64,000 nucleotides of DNA from an uncultured Clostridia bacterium (GTDB lineage: Bacteria; Bacillota; Clostridia; Christensenellales; UBA1242), in assembly GCA_945919375.1 (NCBI GenBank), contig CAMEJD010000002.1, forward strand, positions 35,643 through 99,642, read 5' to 3'. The stretch's first letter is position 1; each line of letters starts with the position of its first letter. The notes beneath the pieces were generated by a model. The model saw only the letters and a list, made by a program, of their open reading frames with translations. It had not been told where the DNA came from and ran no database searches. The position numbers and the translations under genes are program-made. Of this stretch, positions 54,169-62,042 are shown one piece after another.

Positions 54169-57100
54169 CTATCCCAATTTCTCTATTTTTGCAATTTTCT
54201 TTTTTAATGCGTTAATAACCTTTGTCTTGCTGAGCCACCAATCTCTGCTCCAAACTCTGTATATATTCCAACCACGACTTTGCATAAATGCTGGATGATA
54301 TACATCTCGCTCTAGTATACTTGAACTACTGTCAAATACTGAATAGTCAAATTCAATGCCAAGAATATACTTATCTTTTTTCTTGTTATATACTGCAAGT
54401 GGGAGTTTATAGTTTGCATTCCCAATGTTTCTTTCAACAGTATAACCTTCACCAATAAGCATTTCTTCAAGTTCGGCAACCATTTTTTCATTAAGGTCAA
54501 TAGGTGGTAATTGTTTTTCTGGGAGCAAGTTATCCAAAATTATTTTTGTTTCTATTTTGTTATTATTTGAAACTGCACGAACATATCTTAAATATTCTTT
54601 AAAGAGTTTTGGCCCAACATTTTTTGAACCAGTTACATTCAATTCTTCAGGCTCTATACTTGTTACAACATAAATTTTTTGCTTTGCTCTTGTTATGGCA
54701 ACATTAAGTCTGTTTTCCCCACCTTCATTTGAAAGTGAACCAAATCTTGCAACAACCTTGCCATACTCATTTTTTGCATATCCCGTTGAGAAAATAATTA
54801 TATCTCTTTCATCCCCTTGTACATTTTCAAGGTTCTTTACAAACAAACTTATATCTTCGCCATCTTCCTTTCTGTTTTGCTCCATCAAAAGTGCATTGTG
54901 GAATTCAAGGTCTTTTGATGCAAGTTTGTCAATTTCATCTTCAATTGCATTTTCTTGTTCAAGGTTAAATGTAATTATTCCAATACTTCCCGTTCTCTTT
55001 TTATCTTTTAACAGTTTACACAAAAGTTCAGCAACCGTTTTTGCTTCAACTTCATTTTTGGTGTTAATCCATTTGCCTTCAACTTTGATTCTTTCAATTG
55101 GAAGTTCTTTGTTATTTTTTGTAACATCCGGTGCAATTTGCAATTTCTTTGAATAGAATGCATAGTTTGAAAAATTGATAAGTGCTTCACTTCTGCTACG
55201 ATAGTGATATGTAAGGTTGCTACTAAAATATCTGCTTGTGGCAAGGTCCAACAAACTTTCAACTTCCAATGCGGCTTGTGTTGAATAGTCCATATCTTCC
55301 AAATCGTCATTTCCCATATATCTTTTTAGGAATGTTGCAGTTGGCCTTAATTGCTTACTATCGCCAGCAACAACAATATGTTTTCCACGATAAATGCATG
55401 GCAAAGTATTTTCAATAAACACTTGAGAAGCTTCATCAAATACAACATAATCAAACATTTCTTTTTCTAGTGGTAAAATTTGACTTGCAATTTCTGGGCT
55501 GAGCAAAAAGCATGGAAATAGTTTTAACAAATAATCTTTATACACTTGCATACATTTTCTTATTGGCCACAAGTTTTGTTGTTTTGAAATTTGATATAAG
55601 AAGTTTTTGCTTGTTTCTTGATTTTCCATAAAGAACTCTTTATATTCACTTGCATTCTTCTCATAACACAAGCGTTTGTCAAGTTCAAGTTGCTCTTGTT
55701 TTAGGCTTAGAATTCTGTTTCTAATATTAGAAAAGTCCGACAACTTTGACAAATCTTCTTTGTGTAAATCTTCTTGTTTGATTACTTCGTTATATGTCCT
55801 AAATACAACAATTTTGTCTACAATATATTTAAAGTTTTTATAGTTGTCACTATTTTTGTATGCAAACTTTAATATTGCTTTTTCTTGGTCAGTTAGTTCT
55901 TCCAAACAAACATTGATATCCCTTATTTCAACATATTCATCAAGTGCATTTGCAAGCATTTTTAAGTACATTGTATTTCCGCTTACTATATTGTCAAGTG
56001 TTAGCAAATAACCTTTCGGCTCAAGCACCTTTTGTAGCACATCATATCCTTGAATATATTCTTTTAGGTCTTTTAATGTTGCATCAAAAGTGCTTTCAAT
56101 TTCCTTTTCTATTTTGTTTGTTTTATTTTTTATAAATGGATACATAGGCAAAAGGATATGACTTGCATTAAGTTTGGCATAGAGTTTTGGATATCTTGTT
56201 GATGCAATGTATTTTGTCAGTGGGGAATAGTCAATTTCTTCACTTTCGTTATGTTCAAGATAGTATGAAAGCAAATCTCTTGCATATGGCCTTTTTGTCA
56301 TATCAAAAGGAATAAACTTTGAAGATATTACGCTTTTGATTAGATTTTGTGCTTGGCTTAATGTGTGAATGTCAATTCCGCTTTTTATGTAGTCAATAAG
56401 TGGGTTTATTTGTTTTTTCTCTAGGAACTTAAAATACAAATTATCTTTTTTCTTGTCTTTTATCAATCTTTGAGCTTCGCTTATTGTTGCAAAATCCATA
56501 TTCATTATTTCTTCGTTTTGTTGCATATTTTGGAACACTGTGTAATCTTTGCTGTTTTTTCCAATTATTTCACTATTTGCATACATTTGTTGCAAAGTTA
56601 GTCCGTACTCTCTTTGTGCAAACAAAACATCATTCATACTTTCAAGTTCACTAATCTCGGTGTCAATTTGTTCTTGCAAAGTATGATACTTGTCAAGAGA
56701 TGCTGTTTCTTCAATTTGCATAATATTTTCGTGTTCCAATTTTGCTTTTTGATAAAACTCTGCTTTTGCCTTGTCACTATCGGCAATAAGCATTGCCTTT
56801 TGATTTAGTGTGGCAAGTCTGTTATACACAACATCAAGAGCCGCTTTCTTTTGACTTACAACCAAGACCTTTTTACCTTTTGTAAGAGCATCAGTTATCA
56901 CATTTACAATTGTTTGGCTTTTACCTGTTCCCGGTGGTCCATATATTACCATATTTGAGTTGATATTAAGGTTTTTTATTGTTTCACTTTGTGCATAGTC
57001 AAGGTTGCTAATTGGGAACATATCTTGATTAACTTTTTTATTTTTCTTTGCAGATTTTGCAAGAAGTAATTCATCAATGGCAGATGTTGTAAGTTGCTTT

Positions 57101-57954
57101 TTCTCCAAAACTTCGTAGTCATTATATATGCTGTTAGTTAAAGGGAATCTCCCCAAAATACAATAGTTAAAAACTTCAAGACCGCCTTGTTTTGGGTCTT
57201 TGTCTTGAACAAAAGGAACAAAAGAATTTGATGTATTATTTGTGATATGTATATCAAATTTTTCCAAATAGTCAACAACATCTTGAACATTTTTGAAACC
57301 ATTTGATTTTAGATCATCAAAATCTGTTTCCATTTCATCAATATTTAATTTTCTTGCTGTGGCATAAGCGAACAAAAGAACCTTGTTAAACTTTATTGTT
57401 TCATTGCTCAAAAGTTCAATGCTTGCTGTTGTTTCATTTTCTATATTTATGCCAACTGGAAACATAACAAGTGGTGCTCTTACCATTAAATCTTTTCCGA
57501 TATAGCCTTCAACAAAAGGATACCCAACATAAAGTTCGTATCTCCCTGTTTCTCTTTCAAACTCTTCTATCTCTCTTTTTAATTGTTTTAGGCAATTTGT
57601 TTCATGAATCATCATTCTTTTTAATTCTTGTTTTTTTGCCCTTTCAATTTTAAGGTAGTCAGTTTTTTCTTCTCCATTTTCATCTTGATATGTTGTTTTG
57701 TATCTGTTTAACTTATCTTCAACATTAAGATTTTTGTAAATTAAATCTTTGTCACTTTTGCCAATGATTTCAAAAGTAAGTTTTTTGCCTGACCATAAAA
57801 AATCTACAAGCAAATCTGTCATTTTTTCATCGCCCGCAAAAATTTTACCAATATCGTAACTAAATTTGTTTGTCACTCTTTTTGTATAAAGACTTCTATT
57901 TTTTCCGCTTATTTCAATCAATCTTTGTTTGTAAAATTTGTAAATTCTGCTCAT
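54169..57954 (-). CDS. Large SF1 (Upf1/DNA2-like) helicase with a DUF4011-like N-terminus and a C-terminal restriction-endonuclease-like domain.
   Basis: Preferred start is MSRIYKFYKQ at 57954. N-terminal LIEISGKNRSLY and YELYVGYPFVEG...VRAPLVMFPV. Walker A VIYGPPGTGKSQT, Walker B VVFDEASQV, then VVAGDSKQLRPT, YHYRSRSEALINFSN, VQGDERDIIIFS and RLNVAITRAK. C-terminal ILGIEFDYSVFDSSSSILERDVYHPAFMQSRGWNIYRVWSRDWW. Confidence 0.8.
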   Translation of the reverse strand: MSRIYKFYKQRLIEISGKNRSLYTKRVTNKFSYDIGKIFAGDEKMTDLLVDFLWSGKKLTFEIIGKSDKDLIYKNLNVEDKLNRYKTTYQDENGEEKTDYLKIERAKKQELKRMMIHETNCLKQLKREIEEFERETGRYELYVGYPFVEGYIGKDLMVRAPLVMFPVGINIENETTASIELLSNETIKFNKVLLFAYATARKLNIDEMETDFDDLKSNGFKNVQDVVDYLEKFDIHITNNTSNSFVPFVQDKDPKQGGLEVFNYCILGRFPLTNSIYNDYEVLEKKQLTTSAIDELLLAKSAKKNKKVNQDMFPISNLDYAQSETIKNLNINSNMVIYGPPGTGKSQTIVNVITDALTKGKKVLVVSQKKAALDVVYNRLATLNQKAMLIADSDKAKAEFYQKAKLEHENIMQIEETASLDKYHTLQEQIDTEISELESMNDVLFAQREYGLTLQQMYANSEIIGKNSKDYTVFQNMQQNEEIMNMDFATISEAQRLIKDKKKDNLYFKFLEKKQINPLIDYIKSGIDIHTLSQAQNLIKSVISSKFIPFDMTKRPYARDLLSYYLEHNESEEIDYSPLTKYIASTRYPKLYAKLNASHILLPMYPFIKNKTNKIEKEIESTFDATLKDLKEYIQGYDVLQKVLEPKGYLLTLDNIVSGNTMYLKMLANALDEYVEIRDINVCLEELTDQEKAILKFAYKNSDNYKNFKYIVDKIVVFRTYNEVIKQEDLHKEDLSKLSDFSNIRNRILSLKQEQLELDKRLCYEKNASEYKEFFMENQETSKNFLYQISKQQNLWPIRKCMQVYKDYLLKLFPCFLLSPEIASQILPLEKEMFDYVVFDEASQVFIENTLPCIYRGKHIVVAGDSKQLRPTATFLKRYMGNDDLEDMDYSTQAALEVESLLDLATSRYFSSNLTYHYRSRSEALINFSNYAFYSKKLQIAPDVTKNNKELPIERIKVEGKWINTKNEVEAKTVAELLCKLLKDKKRTGSIGIITFNLEQENAIEDEIDKLASKDLEFHNALLMEQNRKEDGEDISLFVKNLENVQGDERDIIIFSTGYAKNEYGKVVARFGSLSNEGGENRLNVAITRAKQKIYVVTSIEPEELNVTGSKNVGPKLFKEYLRYVRAVSNNNKIETKIILDNLLPEKQLPPIDLNEKMVAELEEMLIGEGYTVERNIGNANYKLPLAVYNKKKDKYILGIEFDYSVFDSSSSILERDVYHPAFMQSRGWNIYRVWSRDWWLSKTKVINALKKKIAKIEKLG

Positions 57955-58350
57955 TCTAATATTTTTCCCTTTGCTTAAAAATATTAACATAAATATTAAA
58001 AAAAATAAAGATTAAAATTGAAATATTCTCATCTTTTTAATAAAATAATTGACAAATATATATTTTCATTATTTTTGAAATTTTAAATACTGCCATTATT
58101 CTCACATTGGTTTGTTCATTCAAAATTTTATTTAATGTTTTTTCACAAATTCAACACTTTTTGCAAAATTTTTTTTGCTAATTTTTAGTTTTTATATAAT
58201 CAATTATTTTATTTACATTTAAACTATTTTTTAATTGCATATTACTATCCCCCTCCTTATATTTAATGTCTTATCAATTTATCTATATCATTACATCTAT
58301 GTAATACCAATAAATTTATTACACTTTTGTAATATCATAATTTGATAGAA

Positions 58351-58569
58351 ATGGAGATTTGTAATACGAAAGTATTTAGAGAAAGATTAAAAGAATTATG
58401 GACAGAAAAAGGGCTATCAAGCCTTGAGTTAATTAAATAGTTACAAATAAGTAATGCTAATATTTGTAGATGGGGAATTTATACAAATGACATTAAATGC
58501 GAACAGTTAATTATACTCGCAAAGTTTTTTAAAGTATCAACAAATTCTCTCCTTGGACTTGAAAGTTGA
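58351..58569 (+). pseudogene. XRE-family HTH gene interrupted by an in-frame TAG.
   Basis: Translation is MEICNTKVFRERLKELWTEKGLSSLELIK*LQISNANICRWGIYTNDIKCEQLIILAKFFKVSTNSLLGLES*. The TAG at 58438-58440 falls inside the HTH. TAG is a genuine stop in this genome, since gpmI ends in TAG. Confidence 0.6.
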
Positions 58570-58571
58570 AT

Positions 58572-58895
58572 ACTCGCATAAAAAATCTGGCAGGAGTTTG
58601 GTTTCACCCAAATGACTGTCAGAGAGTTTTCCTAACTAGGTGTGATGCATTTATTTTAGGCACAAAAAACAAGATATACGAGACTCGCATAAAAAATCTG
58701 GCAGGAGTTTGGTTTCACCCAAATGACTGTCAAAGAGTTTCCCCCAACTAGGTGTGATGTATTTATTTTAGGCACAAAAAACAAGATATACGAGGCTCGC
58801 ATAAAAAATCTGGCAGGAGTTTGGTTTCACCCAAATGACTGTCAGATTTTTTATGCAGTAAACAAAGTATATCGCAGTTTTTTGTGCCTAAAATA
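58572..58895 (+). repeat. Array B of nested-hairpin elements: units of 111 and 112 nt, then a 101-nt final unit that completes the full palindromic element.
   Basis: Units begin at 58572, 58683 and 58795 with (a/g)ctcgcataaaaaatctggcaggagtttggtttcacccaaatgactgtca. B1 and B2 are near-identical by eye (a few substitutions and small indels). The complete element B3 is 58764-58895, with a 19/19-bp outer helix tattttaggcacaaaaaac / gttttttgtgcctaaaata. Its right arm covers the gpmI stop codon (58888-58890). Confidence 0.75.
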
Positions 58896-60390
58896 GTGGG
58901 GTAGACATATCTTTTGGTATATCCCTTTCAAGCCCCATAATCTTTAATATCGTTGGCGCAACATTACACAACTTACCTTTTGCGAGTTTTACATTCTTAT
59001 ATTTTTCACTAATAAGCCAAAGCGGTACTGGGTTTGTTGTGTGGCTTGTGATTATATTGCCTTTTTTATCTAGCATTTCTTCACAATTGCCATGGTCGGC
59101 TGTTATTATACAGTGTCCACCGGCAGTTAGACAAGCAAGCGCAATCGCATATGCACATTTGTCCACAACTTGAATTGTTTGTTTTGTTGCGTCCAAATTA
59201 CCAGTATGTCCAAGCATATCCGGGTTTGATAAATTAACCAAAATAAAATCATATTTTTGCGATGCAATTGCTCTTATCACTTCATCGGTTATTTCGTATG
59301 CTTTCATTTTGGGCGTTTTGCTAAAATCTTGCACATTTTCACTTTCAATAAGTTTTCTATCTTCATTTTTGTATGGTTTTTCTATTCCACCATTAAAGAA
59401 AAATGTTACGTGTGCATACTTTGTTGTTTCACTTGTGTGAAATTGTTTTAAGCCTTTGCTTGAAATTATCGCCGACAAATTATCTTCAATTTTTTCAGGT
59501 GGATATGCAATTAGTACATCCTTAAAATCAGCATTATATTCTGTCATACAACAATATGTTAAATTGTTTAGGTGTTTTGTTTCAAATTTATCAAAAGGCT
59601 TTTGTGTTAATGCTTCTGTAATTTCTCTTGCCCTATCGGTTCTATAATTAAAGAATATAACAGAATCGTAACTATCAATTGTTGCAGGCTTTCCGATTAT
59701 TGTTGGCAAAACGAACTCGTCATAAATTCCATCTTTGTAACTATCGTTAAGTGCAGTTACTGCTTCTTGATAGTAGTTGTCTGCTTGACCAAGGGTTAGC
59801 ATATCATAAGCCTTTTCAATTCTATCCCAGCGATTTTCCCTATCCATTGCATAAACTCTTCCACAAAGAGATTTGATTTCTGCCTTGCCTTGTATGTGCT
59901 TTTTAAGTTGCTCAATAAACTTTACACCACTATCTTTCAAAGTATCTCTTCCATCCATAAAACAATGAATATAAACATTTTTTATGCCTTTATTTTTTGC
60001 CATATCAACAAGTGCATACAAATGATTTATGTGACTGTGAACACCACCATCGCTAACAAGCCCCATAATATGCAAACTTGAATTGTGTGCCAAGCAATTA
60101 TCCATTGTTTTGTTTAGTGCCGAGTTTTTAAAAAAGTTGCCATTTGCAATTTCATTATTTATTTTTGGCAAATCTTGATAAACAATTCTACCTGCACCTA
60201 GATTCAAATGTCCAACTTCACTATTACCCATTTGACCATCAGAAAGTCCAACAGCTTCCCCACTTGCAAGAAGCTTAGTGTGTGGAAAATGTTTTAATTT
60301 GTCAAGATAAGGTGTGCCCTGCAATTTTATTGCATTGCCATACTTACTTTTATTTATTCCAAATCCATCTAATATTACTAACGTTACCAT
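58888..60390 (-). CDS. gpmI: 2,3-bisphosphoglycerate-independent phosphoglycerate mutase.
   Basis: 500 aa. Motifs ILDGFG, NSEVGHLNLGAGR, SDGGVHSH, NLSNPDMLGHTG and ITADHGN. Confidence 0.95.
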   Translation of the reverse strand: MVTLVILDGFGINKSKYGNAIKLQGTPYLDKLKHFPHTKLLASGEAVGLSDGQMGNSEVGHLNLGAGRIVYQDLPKINNEIANGNFFKNSALNKTMDNCLAHNSSLHIMGLVSDGGVHSHINHLYALVDMAKNKGIKNVYIHCFMDGRDTLKDSGVKFIEQLKKHIQGKAEIKSLCGRVYAMDRENRWDRIEKAYDMLTLGQADNYYQEAVTALNDSYKDGIYDEFVLPTIIGKPATIDSYDSVIFFNYRTDRAREITEALTQKPFDKFETKHLNNLTYCCMTEYNADFKDVLIAYPPEKIEDNLSAIISSKGLKQFHTSETTKYAHVTFFFNGGIEKPYKNEDRKLIESENVQDFSKTPKMKAYEITDEVIRAIASQKYDFILVNLSNPDMLGHTGNLDATKQTIQVVDKCAYAIALACLTAGGHCIITADHGNCEEMLDKKGNIITSHTTNPVPLWLISEKYKNVKLAKGKLCNVAPTILKIMGLERDIPKDMSTPLF

Positions 60391-60437
60391 AATTTTATTT
60401 TATAAGTATCAAAAAAAATAGTCAACAAAATTAAAGT

Positions 60438-60749
60438 CTATTCAGCCAAAATATCGTGTGAATGCTCGCCGTCTTCTTTTTGTTTTTGGTGTGTTTTTTT
60501 GTGGAATAGAACCACCTTACCTTTGTTTTTTAGCATATCAAAAATAATATAAAAAGTTGCAACTCCAATCGCTATGTAAAGTAGTCTTGAAAAAATGCTT
60601 GCTTGCGTTCCAAAAAATCCCGCAATAAAATCATATTGAAGTAGTCCTATGCTCATCCAATTCATTCCACCAACTATTAAAATAATAAACGAAATTATTG
60701 TCATAATGCTTACAAAAATATTTTGTGAATATTTTTTTATTATATACAT
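60438..60749 (-). CDS. Small membrane protein of the DUF378 type.
   Basis: 103 aa with two TM helices. GGMNWMSIGLLQYDFIAGFFG matches the family pattern as I remember it. Confidence 0.55.
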   Translation of the reverse strand: MYIIKKYSQNIFVSIMTIISFIILIVGGMNWMSIGLLQYDFIAGFFGTQASIFSRLLYIAIGVATFYIIFDMLKNKGKVVLFHKKTHQKQKEDGEHSHDILAE

Positions 60750-60792
60750 ATAAAATTATGTAACGCTTTTGTGGCAAATGTGAGAATTTTTA

Positions 60793-60821
60793 TTGACAAA
60801 TATAAAAAATATTGCTACAAT
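60793..60821 (+). promoter_or_regulatory. Candidate sigma70-type promoter of greA.
   Basis: TTGACA (60793-60798), 17-nt spacer, TACAAT (60816-60821). Confidence 0.55.
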
Positions 60822-60837
60822 ACACAACGTTAATTTG

Positions 60838-60867
60838 GTGTGAAACTTTTCACGCTGAAATTTTTTT
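60838..60867 (+). promoter_or_regulatory. Terminator-like hairpin plus T7 run in the greA leader; a possible attenuator.
   Basis: gtgtgaa (60838-60844), loop actt, ttcacgc (60849-60855) with one U:G pair, then tgaaaTTTTTTT (T-run at 60861-60867). It ends 22 nt before the greA ATG. Confidence 0.35.
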
Positions 60868-60889
60868 ACATTAAAAAGGGGTAATTTTT

Positions 60890-61363
60890 ATGGAAGAAGC
60901 AGTTTATTTAACAAGAGAAGGATTAAAACAACTTGAAGAGAAGTTGCATATATACAAAACTGAAAAAAGACCGGAAGTTATTAAAAAAATCGGTATTGCA
61001 AGGGAATTTGGCGATTTAAGTGAAAATGCAGAATATGATGCCGCAAAAGATGAACAAGCAAGAATTGAAGCCGAAATTGAAGAAATGGAATCAAAAATAA
61101 GACATGCAGTTATTATTGACGATGTTGACACAAGCAAAGTTGGCATTGGTTGCACAGTTGACCTTTATGATAAAACATTTGAAGAAAATGTAACATACAA
61201 AATTGTTGGTTCAACAGAAAGTAACCCACTTGAAGGTCTAATTTCAAATGAATCTCCAGTTGGCAAGGAAATCCTTGGCAAAAAAGTTGGCGATGTTGTT
61301 AATGTTGAAACACCAAACGGAACCACTTTGGTTTTTGAAATAAAAGCAATTAGAAATAAATAA
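60890..61363 (+). CDS. greA: Transcription elongation factor GreA.
   Basis: 157 aa. N-terminal segment LTREGLKQLEEKLHIYKTEKRPEVIKKIGIAREFGDLSENAEYDAAKDEQ, and SNESPVGKEILGKKVGD in the C-terminal domain. Confidence 0.95.
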   Translation: MEEAVYLTREGLKQLEEKLHIYKTEKRPEVIKKIGIAREFGDLSENAEYDAAKDEQARIEAEIEEMESKIRHAVIIDDVDTSKVGIGCTVDLYDKTFEENVTYKIVGSTESNPLEGLISNESPVGKEILGKKVGDVVNVETPNGTTLVFEIKAIRNK

Positions 61364-61370
61364 TTAAGGA

Positions 61371-61402
61371 AAAGAGAACATACAAAATGTTCTCTTTTTT
61401 AT
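61371..61402 (+). terminator. Rho-independent terminator of greA.
   Basis: aaagagaacat (61371-61381) / atgttctcttt (61387-61397), followed by a T-run. Confidence 0.7.
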
Positions 61403-61510
61403 TTCTAATTGACCTTATTTTTTTTAATAAATACCACAAAAATTACAAAAATATAAAAATGGCTTGTTAGTTTTATTGCATTATTGCAATTATTAGAGTA
61501 CTAATAATAC

Positions 61511-61623
61511 AAAATTAACCACAAGAACGCAACTCGGCAAAAATGCCACATAGGAGTTTAGTTTTTTCCCAAACGACTATAGTGGCATTTTTGACAGAAA
61601 CAGAGTTAATGTGAGTTAATTTT
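61511..61623 (+). repeat. Copy C of the nested-hairpin element family: a single, more diverged copy.
   Basis: aaaattaaccac-aagaacgcaactcg-gcaaaaatgccacatag-GA-gttt..aaac-GA-ctatagtggcatttttg-ac-agaaac-agagttaatgtgag-ttaatttt. Same architecture as A2, A3 and B3. It ends 5 nt before the stop codon of the 61629-62030 gene. Confidence 0.6.
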
Positions 61624-61628
61624 ATGTT

Positions 61629-62030
61629 TTAAATGGCAATAATTTTCACCCTTGCATATATCGTACTCATTCCCCCACTTGCTCTTACTATTATAGTTAT
61701 TGTCCCAGTTTTGTTAAAGGATACTCCACCCCAAGACGTAACTTGGGCAACTGTGTTAGTTTTGTCATAAACAAATTCAACATCTTGTGATGCAGTTTCC
61801 GGATATACTTTCCATGTTATTGTATATGTTTTTGTTTCTTCAAAATCTAGTACTATATATTTATAGTCGCCTTCACTGTCACTTGTTTGTTTTAGGTCTT
61901 GGTTTGTTATTTCAACTTTCTCGGGCTTTATTACTTCATTATAACTTAACATCTTCATACCAAAAAATCCCACAAAAGCAATGGATGCTATGTAGATTAT
62001 TAGTATTAAGATTACAACCGATTTTTTCAT
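61629..62030 (-). CDS. Membrane-anchored protein with a bacterial Ig-like (Big_2-type) domain.
   Basis: 133 aa with RBS AAAGGAAA. N-terminal TM helix VVILILIIYIASIAFVGFFG. The segment VYPETASQDVEFVYDKTNTVAQVTSWGGVSFNKTGTITIIVRA resembles the Big_2 pattern. Confidence 0.6.
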   Translation of the reverse strand: MKKSVVILILIIYIASIAFVGFFGMKMLSYNEVIKPEKVEITNQDLKQTSDSEGDYKYIVLDFEETKTYTITWKVYPETASQDVEFVYDKTNTVAQVTSWGGVSFNKTGTITIIVRASGGMSTIYARVKIIAI

Positions 62031-62042
62031 ATTGTTTCCTTT

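Noticed and set aside
57955-57990. The track start of the helicase ORF (MLIFLSKGKNIR...), and similarly 30177 for the ARH gene, 31006 for the HTH protein, 42289 for the TetR gene and 50100 for the Smr-like gene.
   Set aside because: In each case an internal ATG gives a more plausible gene model. It either has a better-placed purine-rich RBS (TetR, the helicase, the ARH gene) or avoids or shortens the overlap with the upstream gene (the ARH gene, the HTH protein, the Smr-like gene). These are start-site choices, not certainties.
58566-58751. A 61-aa ORF (MNTRIKNLAGVWFHPNDCQRV...) with an internally repeated peptide.
   Set aside because: It merely reads through the tandem DNA repeats (the peptide repeat follows the 111-nt DNA period). 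It starts at a non-ATG codon without an RBS, and the frame is not maintained in the third unit or in the other loci.
58572-58895. A CRISPR array was considered for the regularly spaced repeats.
   Set aside because: The whole 111-112-nt unit is repeated, including the would-be spacers. There are no unique spacers, the period is far too long, and there are no cas genes in the window.
51672-58900. A tRNA-associated genomic island was considered, given tRNA-Leu next to proteases, a helicase-nuclease and a decayed XRE switch.
   Set aside because: The accessory genes lie on the 5' side of the tRNA rather than at its 3' end. There is no integrase, and I could not find a direct repeat of the tRNA 3' end. 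Horizontal origin of the helicase region remains possible but is unproven.
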